From: Somniosus microcephalus
Taxonomy: Eukaryota
Direction of reading: 5' to 3'
Assembly: GCA_052327205.1 (NCBI GenBank)
Contig: CM126224.1
Coordinates: 64,604,001 to 64,668,000 of the forward strand
Length of the DNA stretch: 64,000 bases
In this document: positions 47,901-62,900 of the stretch, piece after piece
Numbering within the stretch: position 1 is the stretch's first letter
Layout of the letters: the number at the start of each line of letters is the position of its first letter
Made by a program: the position numbers and the translations under genes
Notes under the pieces: model-generated
What the model was told of the DNA's origin: nothing
Databases searched by the model: none
The model's input: only the letters and a program-made list of their open reading frames with translations

Positions 47901-50900
47901 GGATAGCTTTGGACAGTCAGCCCAGTGCACTGTGGGATAGCTTTGGACAGTCAGCCCAGTGCACTGTGGGATAGCTTGGGACAGTCAGCCCAGTGCACTG
48001 TGGGATAGATTAGAACAATCAGCCCAGTGCACTGTGGGATAGATTAGGACAGTCAGCCCAGTGCACTGTGGGATAGCTTGGGACAGTCAGCCCAGTGCAC
48101 TGTGGGATAGATTAGGACAGTCAGCCCAGTGCACTGTGGGATAGATTAGGACAGTCAGCCCAGTGCACTGTGGGATAGCTTGGGACAGTCAGCCCAGTGC
48201 ACTGTGGGATAGATTAGGATAGTCAGCCCAGTGCACTGTGGGATAGCTTTGGACAGTCAGCCCAGTGCACTGTGGGATAGATTTAGGACAGTCAGCCCAG
48301 TGCACTGTGGGATAGATTAGGACAGTCAGCCCAGTGCACAGTGGGATAGCTTTGGACAGTCAGCCCAGTGCACCGTGGGATAGATTAGGATAGTCAGCCC
48401 AGTGCACTGTGGGATAGCTTTGGACAGTCAGCCCAGTGCACCGTGGGATAGCTTTGGACAGTCAGCCCAGTGCACCGTGGGATAGCTTTGGACAGTCAGC
48501 CCAGTGCACTGTGGGATAGCTTTGGACAGTCAGCCCAGTGCACCGTGGGATAGCTTTGGACAGTCAGCCCAGTGCACCGTGGGATAGCTTTGGACAGTCA
48601 GCCCAGTGCACCGTGGGATAGCTTTGGACAGTCAGCCCAGTGCAACGTGGGATAGCTTTGGACAGTCAGCCCAGTGCACTGTGGGATAGCTTTGGACAGT
48701 CAGCCCAGTGCACTGTGGGATAGCTTTTGACAGTCAGCCCAGTGCACTGTGGGATAGATTAGGACAGTCAGCCCAGTGCACTGTGGGATAGCTTTGGACA
48801 GTCAGCCCAGTGCACTGTGGGATAGCTTTGGACAGTCAGCCCAGTGCACTGTGGGATAGCTTTGGACAGTCAGCCCAGTGCACTGTGGGATAGCTTGGGA
48901 CAGTCAGCCCAGTGCATTGTGGGATAGCTTGGGACAGTCAGCCCAGTGCACCGTGGGATAGCTTGGGACAGTCAGCCCAGTGCACTGTGGGATAGATTTA
49001 GGACAGTCAGCCCAGTGCACTGTGGGATAGCTTGGGACAGTCAGCCGTGTGCACTGTGGGATATATTAGGACTGTCAGCCCAGTGCACTGTGGGATAGAT
49101 TTAGGACAGTCAGCCCAGTGCACTGTGGGATAGCTTGGGACAGTCAGCCGTGTGCACTGTGGGATAGATTTAGGACAGTCAGCCCAGTGCACTGTGGGAT
49201 AGCTTGGGACAGTCAGCCCAGTGCACTGTGGGATAGATTTAGGACAGTCAGCCCAGTGCACCGTGGGATAGCTTGGGACAGTCAGCCCAGTGCACTGTGG
49301 AATAGATTTAGGACAGTCAGCCCAGTGCACCGTGGGATAGCTTGGGACAGTCAGCCCAGTGCACTGTGGGATAGATTTAGGACAGTCAGCCCAGTGCACC
49401 GTGGGATAAATTTAGGACAGTCAGCCCAGTGCACCGTGGGATAGATTAGGACAGTCAGCCCAGTGCACTGTGGGATAGATTTAGGACAGTCAGCCCAGTG
49501 CACTGTGGGATAGATTAGGACAGTCAGCCCAGTGCACTGTGGGATAGATTAGGACTGTCAGCCCAGTGCACTGTGGGATAGATTAGGACAGTCAGCCCAG
49601 TGCACTGTGGGATAGATTAGGACAGTCAGCCCAGTGCACTGTGGGATAGATTTAGGACAGTCAGCCCAGTGCACCGTGGGATAGATTAGGACAGTCAGCC
49701 CAGTGCACTGTGGGATAGATTAGGACAGTCAGCCCAGTGCACTGTGGGATAGATTAGGACAGTCAGCCCAGTGCACTGTGGGATAGATTAGGACAGTCAG
49801 CCCAGTGCACCGTGGGATAGATTAGGACAGTCAGCCCAGTGCACTGTGGGATAGCTTTGGACAGTCAGCCCAGTGCACTGTGGGATAGATTAGGACCGTC
49901 AGCCCAGTGCACCGTGGGATAGATTAGGACAGTCAGCCCAGTGCACTGTGGGATAGCTTTGGACAGTCAGCCCAGTGCACCGTGGGATAGATTAGGACAC
50001 TCAGCCCAGTGCACCGTGGGATAGATTAGGACAGTCAGCCCAGTGCACTGTGGGATAGATTAGGACAGTCAGCCCAATGCACTGTGGGATAGCTTTGGAC
50101 AGTCAGCCCAGTGCACTGTGGGATAGCTTTGGACAGTCAGCCCAGTGCACTGTGGGATAGCTTAGGACAGTCAGCACAGTGCACTGTGGGATAAATTAGG
50201 ATAGTCAGCCCAGTGCACTGTGGGATAGCTTTGGACAGTCAGCCCAGTGCACTGTGGGATAGCTTTGGACAGTCAGCCCAGTGCACTGTGGGATAGATTA
50301 GGACAGTCAGCCCAGTGCACTGTGGGATATATTAGGACAGTCAGCCCAGTGCACTGTGGGATAGATTAGGACAGTCAGCCCAGTGCACTGTGGGATAGAT
50401 TAGGACAGTCAGCTCAGTGCACTGTGGGATAGCTTTGGACAGTCAGCCCAGTGCACTGTGGGATAGATTAGGACAGTCAGCCCAGTGCACTGTGGGATAG
50501 CTTTGGACAGACAGCCCAGTGCACTGTGGGATAGATTAGGACAGTCAGCCCAGTGCACTGTGGGATAGATTAGAACAATCAGCCCAGTGCACTGTGGGGT
50601 AGATTAGGATAGTCAGCCCAGTGCACTGTGGGATAGCTTGGGACAGTCAGCCCAGTGCACTGTGGGATAGATTAGGATAGTCAGCCCAGTGCACTGTGGG
50701 ATAGCTTTGGACAGTCAGCCCAGTGCACCGTGGGATAGCTTTGGACAGTCAGCCCAGTGCACTGTGGGATAGCTTTGGACAGTCAGCCCAGTGCACTGTG
50801 GGATAGCTTGGGACAGTCAGCCCAGTGCACTGTGGGATAGATTAGGACAGTCAGCCCAGTGCACTGTGGGATAGATTAGGACAGTCAGCCCAGTGCACTG

Positions 50901-53900
50901 TGGGATAGCTTGGGACAGTCAGCCCAGTGCACTGTGGGATAGATTAGGATAGTCAGCCCAGTGCACTGTGGGATAGCTTTGGACAGTCAGCCCAGTGCAC
51001 TGTGGGATAGATTTAGGACAGTCAGCCCAGTGCACTGTGGGATAGATTAGGACAGTCAGCCCAGTGCACAGTGGGATAGCTTTGGACAGTCAGCCCAGTG
51101 CACCGTGGGATAGATTAGGATAGTCAGCCCAGTGCACTGTGGGATAGCTTTGGACAGTCAGCCCAGTGCACCGTGGGATAGCTTTGGACAGTCAGCCCAG
51201 TGCACCGTGGGATAGCTTTGGACAGTCAGCCCAGTGCACTGTGGGATAGCTTTGGACAGTCAGCCCAGTGCACCGTGGGATAGCTTTGGACAGTCAGCCC
51301 AGTGCACCGTGGGATAGCTTTGGACAGTCAGCCCAGTGCACCGTGGGATAGCTTTGGACAGTCAGCCCAGTGCAACGTGGGATAGCTTTGGACAGTCAGC
51401 CCAGTGCACTGTGGGATAGCTTTGGACAGTCAGCCCAGTGCACTGTGGGATAGCTTTTGACAGTCAGCCCAGTGCACTGTGGGATAGATTAGGACAGTCA
51501 GCCCAGTGCACTGTGGGATAGCTTTGGACAGTCAGCCCAGTGCACTGTGGGATAGCTTTGGACAGTCAGCCCAGTGCACTGTGGGATAGCTTTGGACAGT
51601 CAGCCCAGTGCACTGTGGGATAGCTTGGGACAGTCAGCCCAGTGCATTGTGGGATAGCTTGGGACAGTCAGCCCAGTGCACCGTGGGATAGCTTGGGACA
51701 GTCAGCCCAGTGCACTGTGGGATAGATTTAGGACAGTCAGCCCAGTGCACTGTGGGATAGCTTGGGACAGTCAGCCGTGTGCACTGTGGGATATATTAGG
51801 ACTGTCAGCCCAGTGCACTGTGGGATAGATTTAGGACAGTCAGCCCAGTGCACTGTGGGATAGCTTGGGACAGTCAGCCGTGTGCACTGTGGGATAGATT
51901 TAGGACAGTCAGCCCAGTGCACTGTGGGATAGCTTGGGACAGTCAGCCCAGTGCACTGTGGGATAGATTTAGGACAGTCAGCCCAGTGCACCGTGGGATA
52001 GCTTGGGACAGTCAGCCCAGTGCACTGTGGAATAGATTTAGGACAGTCAGCCCAGTGCACCGTGGGATAGCTTGGGACAGTCAGCCCAGTGCACTGTGGG
52101 ATAGATTTAGGACAGTCAGCCCAGTGCACCGTGGGATAAATTTAGGACAGTCAGCCCAGTGCACCGTGGGATAGATTAGGACAGTCAGCCCAGTGCACTG
52201 TGGGATAGATTTAGGACAGTCAGCCCAGTGCACTGTGGGATAGATTAGGACAGTCAGCCCAGTGCACTGTGGGATAGATTAGGACTGTCAGCCCAGTGCA
52301 CTGTGGGATAGATTAGGACAGTCAGCCCAGTGCACTGTGGGATAGATTAGGACAGTCAGCCCAGTGCACTGTGGGATAGATTTAGGACAGTCAGCCCAGT
52401 GCACCGTGGGATAGATTAGGACAGTCAGCCCAGTGCACTGTGGGATAGATTAGGACAGTCAGCCCAGTGCACTGTGGGATAGATTAGGACAGTCAGCCCA
52501 GTGCACTGTGGGATAGATTAGGACAGTCAGCCCAGTGCACCGTGGGATAGATTAGGACAGTCAGCCCAGTGCACTGTGGGATAGCTTTGGACAGTCAGCC
52601 CAGTGCACTGTGGGATAGATTAGGACCGTCAGCCCAGTGCACCGTGGGATAGATTAGGACAGTCAGCCCAGTGCACTGTGGGATAGCTTTGGACAGTCAG
52701 CCCAGTGCACCGTGGGATAGATTAGGACACTCAGCCCAGTGCACCGTGGGATAGATTAGGACAGTCAGCCCAGTGCACTGTGGGATAGATTAGGACAGTC
52801 AGCCCAATGCACTGTGGGATAGCTTTGGACAGTCAGCCCAGTGCACTGTGGGATAGCTTTGGACAGTCAGCCCAGTGCACTGTGGGATAGCTTAGGACAG
52901 TCAGCACAGTGCACTGTGGGATAAATTAGGATAGTCAGCCCAGTGCACTGTGGGATAGCTTTGGACAGTCAGCCCAGTGCACTGTGGGATAGCTTTGGAC
53001 AGTCAGCCCAGTGCACTGTGGGATAGATTAGGACAGTCAGCCCAGTGCACTGTGGGATATATTAGGACAGTCAGCCCAGTGCACTGTGGGATAGATTAGG
53101 ACAGTCAGCCCAGTGCACTGTGGGATAGATTAGGACAGTCAGCTCAGTGCACTGTGGGATAGCTTTGGACAGTCAGCCCAGTGCACTGTGGGATAGATTA
53201 GGACAGTCAGCCCAGTGCACTGTGGGATAGCTTTGGACAGACAGCCCAGTGCACTGTGGGATAGATTAGGACAGTCAGCCCAGTGCACTGTGGGATAGAT
53301 TAGAACAATCAGCCCAGTGCACTGTGGGGTAGATTAGGATAGTCAGCCCAGTGCACTGTGGGATAGCTTGGGACAGTCAGCCCAGTGCACTGTGGGATAG
53401 ATTAGGATAGTCAGCCCAGTGCACTGTGGGATAGCTTTGGACAGTCAGCCCAGTGCACCGTGGGATAGCTTTGGACAGTCAGCCCAGTGCACTGTGGGAT
53501 AGCTTTGGACAGTCAGCCCAGTGCACTGTGGGATAGCTTTGGACAGTCAGCCCAGTGCACTGTGGGATAGATTTAGGACAGACAGCCCAGTGCACTGTGG
53601 GATAGCTTGGGACAGTCAGCCCAGTGCACTGTGGGATAGCTTGGGACAGTGAGCCCAGTGCACTGTGGGATAGATTTAGGACAGTCATCCCAGTGCACTG
53701 TGGGATAGCTTGGGACAGTCAGCCCAGTGCACTGTGGGATAGATTAGGACAGTCAGCCCAGTGCACTGTGGGATAGATTAGGACAGTCAGCCCAGTGCAC
53801 TGTGGGATAGATTAGGACAGTCAGCCCAGTGCACTGTGGGATAGATTGGGACAGTCAGCCCAGTGCACTGTGGGATAGATTAGGACAGTCAGCCCAGTGC

Positions 53901-56900
53901 ACCGTGGGATAGATTAGGACAGTCAGCCCAGTGCACTGTGGGATAGCTTTGGACAGTCAGCCCAGTGCACTGTGGGATAGATTAGGGCAGTCAGCCCAGT
54001 GCACTGTGGGATAGATTAGGACACTCAGCCCAGTGCACCGTGGAACAGATTAGGACAGTCAGCCCAGTGCACTGTGGGATAGATTAGGACAGTCAGCCCA
54101 ATGCACTGTGGGATAGCTTTGGACAGTCAGCCCAGTGCACTGTGGGATAGATTAGGACAGTCAGCACAGTGCACTGTGGGATAAATTAGGATAGTCAGCC
54201 CAGTGCACTGTGGGATAGCTTTGGACAGTCAGCCCAGTGCACTGTGGGATAGCTTTGGACAGTCAGCCCAGTGCACTGTGGGATAGATTAGGACAGTCAG
54301 CCCAGTGCACTGTGGGATATATTAGGACAGTCAGCCCAGTGCACTGTGGGATAGATTAGGACAGTCAGCCCAGTGCACTGTGGGATATATTAGGACAGTC
54401 AGCCCAGTGCACTGTGGGATAGCTTTGGACAGTCAGCCCAGTGCATTGTGGGATAGCTTGGGATAGTCAGCCCAGTGCACCGTGGGATAGCTTGGGACAG
54501 TCAGCCCAGTGCACTGTGGGATAGATTTAGGACCGTCAGCCCAGTGCACTGTGGGATAGCTTGGGACAGTCAGCCCAGTGCATTGTGGGATAGCTTGGGA
54601 CAGTCAGCCCAGTGCACCGTGGGATAGCTTGGGACAGTCAGCCCAGTGCACTGTGGGATAGATTTAGGACAGTCAGCCCAGTGCACTGTGGGATAGCTTG
54701 GGACAGTCAGCCGTGTGCACCATGGGATAGCTTGGGACAGTCAGCCCAGTGCACCGTGGGATAGCTTGGGACAGTCAGCCCAGTGCACTGTGGGATAGAT
54801 TTAGGACAGTCAGCCCAGTGCACTGTGGGATAGATTTAGGACAGTCAGCCCAGTGCACCGTGGGATAGATTTAGGACAGTCAGCCCAGTGCACCGTGGGA
54901 TAGATTAGGACAGTCAGCCCAGTGCACTGTGGGATAGATTTAGGACAGTCAGCCCAGTGCACTGTGGGATAGATTAGGACAGTCAGCCCAGTGCACTGTG
55001 GGATAGATTAGGACTGTCAGCCCAGTGCACTGTGGGATAGATTAGGACCGTCAGCCCAGTGCACCGTGGGATAGATTAGGACACTCAGCACAGTGCACCG
55101 TGGGATAGATTAGGACAGTCAGCCCAGTGCACTGTGGGATAGCTTTGGACAGTCAGCCCAGTGCACTGTGGGATAGATTAGGATAGTCAGCCCAGTGCAC
55201 TGTGGGATAGATTAGGACAGTCAGCCCAGTGCACTGTGGGATAGCTTTGGACAGTCAGCCCAGTGCACTGTGGGATAGCTTTGGACAGTCAGCCCAGTGC
55301 ACTGTGGGATAGCTTGGGACAGTCAGCCCAGTGCACTGTGGGATAGATTAGAACAATCAGCCCAGTGCACTGTGGGATAGATTAGGACAGTCAGCCCAGT
55401 GCACTGTGGGATAGCTTGGGACAGTCAGCCCAGTGCACTGTGGGATAGATTAGGACAGTCAGCCCAGTGCACTGTGGGATAGATTAGGACAGTCAGCCCA
55501 GTGCACTGTGGGATAGCTTGGGACAGTCAGCCCAGTGCACTGTGGGATAGATTAGGATAGTCAGCCCAGTGCACTGTGGGATAGCTTTGGACAGTCAGCC
55601 CAGTGCACTGTGGGATAGATTTAGGACAGTCAGCCCAGTGCACTGTGGGATAGATTAGGACAGTCAGCCCAGTGCACAGTGGGATAGCTTTGGACAGTCA
55701 GCCCAGTGCACCGTGGGATAGATTAGGATAGTCAGCCCAGTGCACTGTGGGATAGCTTTGGACAGTCAGCCCAGTGCACCGTGGGATAGCTTTGGACAGT
55801 CAGCCCAGTGCACCGTGGGATAGCTTTGGACAGTCAGCCCAGTGCACTGTGGGATAGCTTTGGACAGTCAGCCCAGTGCACCGTGGGATAGCTTTGGACA
55901 GTCAGCCCAGTGCACCGTGGGATAGCTTTGGACAGTCAGCCCAGTGCACCGTGGGATAGCTTTGGACAGTCAGCCCAGTGCAACGTGGGATAGCTTTGGA
56001 CAGTCAGCCCAGTGCACTGTGGGATAGCTTTGGACAGTCAGCCCAGTGCACTGTGGGATAGCTTTTGACAGTCAGCCCAGTGCACTGTGGGATAGATTAG
56101 GACAGTCAGCCCAGTGCACTGTGGGATAGCTTTGGACAGTCAGCCCAGTGCACTGTGGGATAGCTTTGGACAGTCAGCCCAGTGCACTGTGGGATAGCTT
56201 TGGACAGTCAGCCCAGTGCACTGTGGGATAGCTTGGGACAGTCAGCCCAGTGCATTGTGGGATAGCTTGGGACAGTCAGCCCAGTGCACCGTGGGATAGC
56301 TTGGGACAGTCAGCCCAGTGCACTGTGGGATAGATTTAGGACAGTCAGCCCAGTGCACTGTGGGATAGCTTGGGACAGTCAGCCGTGTGCACTGTGGGAT
56401 ATATTAGGACTGTCAGCCCAGTGCACTGTGGGATAGATTTAGGACAGTCAGCCCAGTGCACTGTGGGATAGCTTGGGACAGTCAGCCGTGTGCACTGTGG
56501 GATAGATTTAGGACAGTCAGCCCAGTGCACTGTGGGATAGCTTGGGACAGTCAGCCCAGTGCACTGTGGGATAGATTTAGGACAGTCAGCCCAGTGCACC
56601 GTGGGATAGCTTGGGACAGTCAGCCCAGTGCACTGTGGAATAGATTTAGGACAGTCAGCCCAGTGCACCGTGGGATAGCTTGGGACAGTCAGCCCAGTGC
56701 ACTGTGGGATAGATTTAGGACAGTCAGCCCAGTGCACCGTGGGATAAATTTAGGACAGTCAGCCCAGTGCACCGTGGGATAGATTAGGACAGTCAGCCCA
56801 GTGCACTGTGGGATAGATTTAGGACAGTCAGCCCAGTGCACTGTGGGATAGATTAGGACAGTCAGCCCAGTGCACTGTGGGATAGATTAGGACTGTCAGC

Positions 56901-59900
56901 CCAGTGCACTGTGGGATAGATTAGGACAGTCAGCCCAGTGCACTGTGGGATAGATTAGGACAGTCAGCCCAGTGCACTGTGGGATAGATTTAGGACAGTC
57001 AGCCCAGTGCACCGTGGGATAGATTAGGACAGTCAGCCCAGTGCACTGTGGGATAGATTAGGACAGTCAGCCCAGTGCACTGTGGGATAGATTAGGACAG
57101 TCAGCCCAGTGCACTGTGGGATAGATTAGGACAGTCAGCCCAGTGCACCGTGGGATAGATTAGGACAGTCAGCCCAGTGCACTGTGGGATAGCTTTGGAC
57201 AGTCAGCCCAGTGCACTGTGGGATAGATTAGGACCGTCAGCCCAGTGCACCGTGGGATAGATTAGGACAGTCAGCCCAGTGCACTGTGGGATAGCTTTGG
57301 ACAGTCAGCCCAGTGCACCGTGGGATAGATTAGGACACTCAGCCCAGTGCACCGTGGGATAGATTAGGACAGTCAGCCCAGTGCACTGTGGGATAGATTA
57401 GGACAGTCAGCCCAATGCACTGTGGGATAGCTTTGGACAGTCAGCCCAGTGCACTGTGGGATAGCTTTGGACAGTCAGCCCAGTGCACTGTGGGATAGCT
57501 TAGAACAGTCAGCACAGTGCACTGTGGGATAAATTAGGATAGTCAGCCCAGTGCACTGTGGGATAGCTTTGGACAGTCAGCCCAGTGCACTGTGGGATAG
57601 CTTTGGACAGTCAGCCCAGTGCACTGTGGGATAGATTAGGACAGTCAGCCCAGTGCACTGTGGGATATATTAGGACAGTCAGCCCAGTGCACTGTGGGAT
57701 AGATTAGGACAGTCAGCCCAGTGCACTGTGGGATAGATTAGGACAGTCAGCTCAGTGCACTGTGGGATAGCTTTGGACAGTCAGCCCAGTGCACTGTGGG
57801 ATAGATTAGGACAGTCAGCCCAGTGCACTGTGGGATAGCTTTGGACAGACAGCCCAGTGCACTGTGGGATAGATTAGGACAGTCAGCCCAGTGCACTGTG
57901 GGATAGATTAGAACAATCAGCCCAGTGCACTGTGGGGTAGATTAGGATAGTCAGCCCAGTGCACTGTGGGATAGCTTGGGACAGTCAGCCCAGTGCACTG
58001 TGGGATAGATTAGGATAGTCAGCCCAGTGCACTGTGGGATAGCTTTGGACAGTCAGCCCAGTGCACCGTGGGATAGCTTTGGACAGTCAGCCCAGTGCAC
58101 TGTGGGATAGCTTTGGACAGTCAGCCCAGTGCACTGTGGGATAGCTTTGGACAGTCAGCCCAGTGCACTGTGGGATAGATTTAGGACAGACAGCCCAGTG
58201 CACTGTGGGATAGCTTGGGACAGTCAGCCCAGTGCACTGTGGGATAGCTTGGGACAGTGAGCCCAGTGCACTGTGGGATAGATTTAGGACAGTCATCCCA
58301 GTGCACTGTGGGATAGCTTGGGACAGTCAGCCCAGTGCACTGTGGGATAGATTAGGACAGTCAGCCCAGTGCACTGTGGGATAGATTAGGACAGTCAGCC
58401 CAGTGCACTGTGGGATAGATTAGGACAGTCAGCCCAGTGCACTGTGGGATAGATTGGGACAGTCAGCCCAGTGCACTGTGGGATAGATTAGGACAGTCAG
58501 CCCAGTGCACCGTGGGATAGATTAGGACAGTCAGCCCAGTGCACTGTGGGATAGCTTTGGACAGTCAGCCCAGTGCACTGTGGGATAGATTAGGGCAGTC
58601 AGCCCAGTGCACTGTGGGATAGATTAGGACACTCAGCCCAGTGCACCGTGGAACAGATTAGGACAGTCAGCCCAGTGCACTGTGGGATAGATTAGGACAG
58701 TCAGCCCAATGCACTGTGGGATAGCTTTGGACAGTCAGCCCAGTGCACTGTGGGATAGATTAGGACAGTCAGCACAGTGCACTGTGGGATAAATTAGGAT
58801 AGTCAGCCCAGTGCACTGTGGGATAGCTTTGGACAGTCAGCCCAGTGCACTGTGGGATAGCTTTGGACAGTCAGCCCAGTGCACTGTGGGATAGATTAGG
58901 ACAGTCAGCCCAGTGCACTGTGGGATATATTAGGACAGTCAGCCCAGTGCACTGTGGGATAGATTAGGACAGTCAGCCCAGTGCACTGTGGGATAGATTA
59001 GGACAGTCAGCCCAGTGCACTGTGGGATAGCTTTGGACAGACAGCCCAGTGCACTGTGGGATAGCTTTGGACAGTCAGCCCAGTGCACTGTGGGATAGAT
59101 TAGGACAGTCAGCCCAGTGCACTGTGGGATAGATTAGGACAGTCAGCCCAGTGCACTGTGGGATAGCTTGGGACAGTCAGCCCAGTGCACTGTGGGATAG
59201 CTTGGGACAGTCAGCCCAGTGCACTGTGGGATAGATTAGGATAGTCAGCCCAGTGCACTGTGGGATAGCTTTGGACAGTCAGCCCAGTGCACCGTGGGAT
59301 AGCTTTGGACAGTCAGCCCAGTGCACTGTGGGATAGCTTTGGACAGTCAGCCCAGTGCACTGTGGGATAGATTAGGATAGTCAGCCCAGTGCACTGTGGG
59401 ATAGATTAGGACAGTCAGCCCAGTGCACTGTGGGATAGCTTTGGACAGTCAGCCCAGTGCACTGTGGGATAGCTTTGGACAGTCAGCCCAGTGCACTGTG
59501 GGATAGCTTGGGACAGTCAGCCCAGTGCACTGTGGGATAGATTAGAACAATCAGCCCAGTGCACTGTGGGATAGATTAGGACAGTCAGCCCAGTGCACTG
59601 TGGGATAGCTTGGGACAGTCAGCCCAGTGCACTGTGGGATAGATTAGGACAGTCAGCCCAGTGCACTGTGGGATAGATTAGGACAGTCAGCCCAGTGCAC
59701 TGTGGGATAGCTTGGGACAGTCAGCCCAGTGCACTGTGGGATAGATTAGGATAGTCAGCCCAGTGCACTGTGGGATAGCTTTGGACAGTCAGCCCAGTGC
59801 ACTGTGGGATAGATTTAGGACAGTCAGCCCAGTGCACTGTGGGATAGATTAGGACAGTCAGCCCAGTGCACAGTGGGATAGCTTTGGACAGTCAGCCCAG

Positions 59901-62900
59901 TGCACCGTGGGATAGATTAGGATAGTCAGCCCAGTGCACTGTGGGATAGCTTTGGACAGTCAGCCCAGTGCACCGTGGGATAGCTTTGGACAGTCAGCCC
60001 AGTGCACCGTGGGATAGCTTTGGACAGTCAGCCCAGTGCACTGTGGGATAGCTTTGGACAGTCAGCCCAGTGCACCGTGGGATAGCTTTGGACAGTCAGC
60101 CCAGTGCACCGTGGGATAGCTTTGGACAGTCAGCCCAGTGCACCGTGGGATAGCTTTGGACAGTCAGCCCAGTGCAACGTGGGATAGCTTTGGACAGTCA
60201 GCCCAGTGCACTGTGGGATAGCTTTGGACAGTCAGCCCAGTGCACTGTGGGATAGCTTTTGACAGTCAGCCCAGTGCACTGTGGGATAGATTAGGACAGT
60301 CAGCCCAGTGCACTGTGGGATAGCTTTGGACAGTCAGCCCAGTGCACTGTGGGATAGCTTTGGACAGTCAGCCCAGTGCACTGTGGGATAGCTTTGGACA
60401 GTCAGCCCAGTGCACTGTGGGATAGCTTGGGACAGTCAGCCCAGTGCATTGTGGGATAGCTTGGGACAGTCAGCCCAGTGCACCGTGGGATAGCTTGGGA
60501 CAGTCAGCCCAGTGCACTGTGGGATAGATTTAGGACAGTCAGCCCAGTGCACTGTGGGATAGCTTGGGACAGTCAGCCGTGTGCACTGTGGGATATATTA
60601 GGACTGTCAGCCCAGTGCACTGTGGGATAGATTTAGGACAGTCAGCCCAGTGCACTGTGGGATAGCTTGGGACAGTCAGCCGTGTGCACTGTGGGATAGA
60701 TTTAGGACAGTCAGCCCAGTGCACTGTGGGATAGCTTGGGACAGTCAGCCCAGTGCACTGTGGGATAGATTTAGGACAGTCAGCCCAGTGCACCGTGGGA
60801 TAGCTTGGGACAGTCAGCCCAGTGCACTGTGGAATAGATTTAGGACAGTCAGCCCAGTGCACCGTGGGATAGCTTGGGACAGTCAGCCCAGTGCACTGTG
60901 GGATAGATTTAGGACAGTCAGCCCAGTGCACCGTGGGATAAATTTAGGACAGTCAGCCCAGTGCACCGTGGGATAGATTAGGACAGTCAGCCCAGTGCAC
61001 TGTGGGATAGATTTAGGACAGTCAGCCCAGTGCACTGTGGGATAGATTAGGACAGTCAGCCCAGTGCACTGTGGGATAGATTAGGACTGTCAGCCCAGTG
61101 CACTGTGGGATAGATTAGGACAGTCAGCCCAGTGCACTGTGGGATAGATTAGGACAGTCAGCCCAGTGCACTGTGGGATAGATTTAGGACAGTCAGCCCA
61201 GTGCACCGTGGGATAGATTAGGACAGTCAGCCCAGTGCACTGTGGGATAGATTAGGACAGTCAGCCCAGTGCACTGTGGGATAGATTAGGACAGTCAGCC
61301 CAGTGCACTGTGGGATAGATTAGGACAGTCAGCCCAGTGCACCGTGGGATAGATTAGGACAGTCAGCCCAGTGCACTGTGGGATAGCTTTGGACAGTCAG
61401 CCCAGTGCACTGTGGGATAGATTAGGACCGTCAGCCCAGTGCACCGTGGGATAGATTAGGACAGTCAGCCCAGTGCACTGTGGGATAGCTTTGGACAGTC
61501 AGCCCAGTGCACCGTGGGATAGATTAGGACACTCAGCCCAGTGCACCGTGGGATAGATTAGGACAGTCAGCCCAGTGCACTGTGGGATAGATTAGGACAG
61601 TCAGCCCAATGCACTGTGGGATAGCTTTGGACAGTCAGCCCAGTGCACTGTGGGATAGCTTTGGACAGTCAGCCCAGTGCACTGTGGGATAGCTTAGGAC
61701 AGTCAGCACAGTGCACTGTGGGATAAATTAGGATAGTCAGCCCAGTGCACTGTGGGATAGCTTTGGACAGTCAGCCCAGTGCACTGTGGGATAGCTTTGG
61801 ACAGTCAGCCCAGTGCACTGTGGGATAGATTAGGACAGTCAGCCCAGTGCACTGTGGGATATATTAGGACAGTCAGCCCAGTGCACTGTGGGATAGATTA
61901 GGACAGTCAGCCCAGTGCACTGTGGGATAGATTAGGACAGTCAGCTCAGTGCACTGTGGGATAGCTTTGGACAGTCAGCCCAGTGCACTGTGGGATAGAT
62001 TAGGACAGTCAGCCCAGTGCACTGTGGGATAGCTTTGGACAGACAGCCCAGTGCACTGTGGGATAGATTAGGACAGTCAGCCCAGTGCACTGTGGGATAG
62101 ATTAGAACAATCAGCCCAGTGCACTGTGGGGTAGATTAGGATAGTCAGCCCAGTGCACTGTGGGATAGCTTGGGACAGTCAGCCCAGTGCACTGTGGGAT
62201 AGATTAGGATAGTCAGCCCAGTGCACTGTGGGATAGCTTTGGACAGTCAGCCCAGTGCACCGTGGGATAGCTTTGGACAGTCAGCCCAGTGCACTGTGGG
62301 ATAGCTTTGGACAGTCAGCCCAGTGCACTGTGGGATAGCTTTGGACAGTCAGCCCAGTGCACTGTGGGATAGATTTAGGACAGACAGCCCAGTGCACTGT
62401 GGGATAGCTTGGGACAGTCAGCCCAGTGCACTGTGGGATAGCTTGGGACAGTGAGCCCAGTGCACTGTGGGATAGATTTAGGACAGTCATCCCAGTGCAC
62501 TGTGGGATAGCTTGGGACAGTCAGCCCAGTGCACTGTGGGATAGATTAGGACAGTCAGCCCAGTGCACTGTGGGATAGATTAGGACAGTCAGCCCAGTGC
62601 ACTGTGGGATAGATTAGGACAGTCAGCCCAGTGCACTGTGGGATAGATTGGGACAGTCAGCCCAGTGCACTGTGGGATAGATTAGGACAGTCAGCCCAGT
62701 GCACCGTGGGATAGATTAGGACAGTCAGCCCAGTGCACTGTGGGATAGCTTTGGACAGTCAGCCCAGTGCACTGTGGGATAGATTAGGGCAGTCAGCCCA
62801 GTGCACTGTGGGATAGATTAGGACACTCAGCCCAGTGCACCGTGGAACAGATTAGGACAGTCAGCCCAGTGCACTGTGGGATAGATTAGGACAGTCAGCC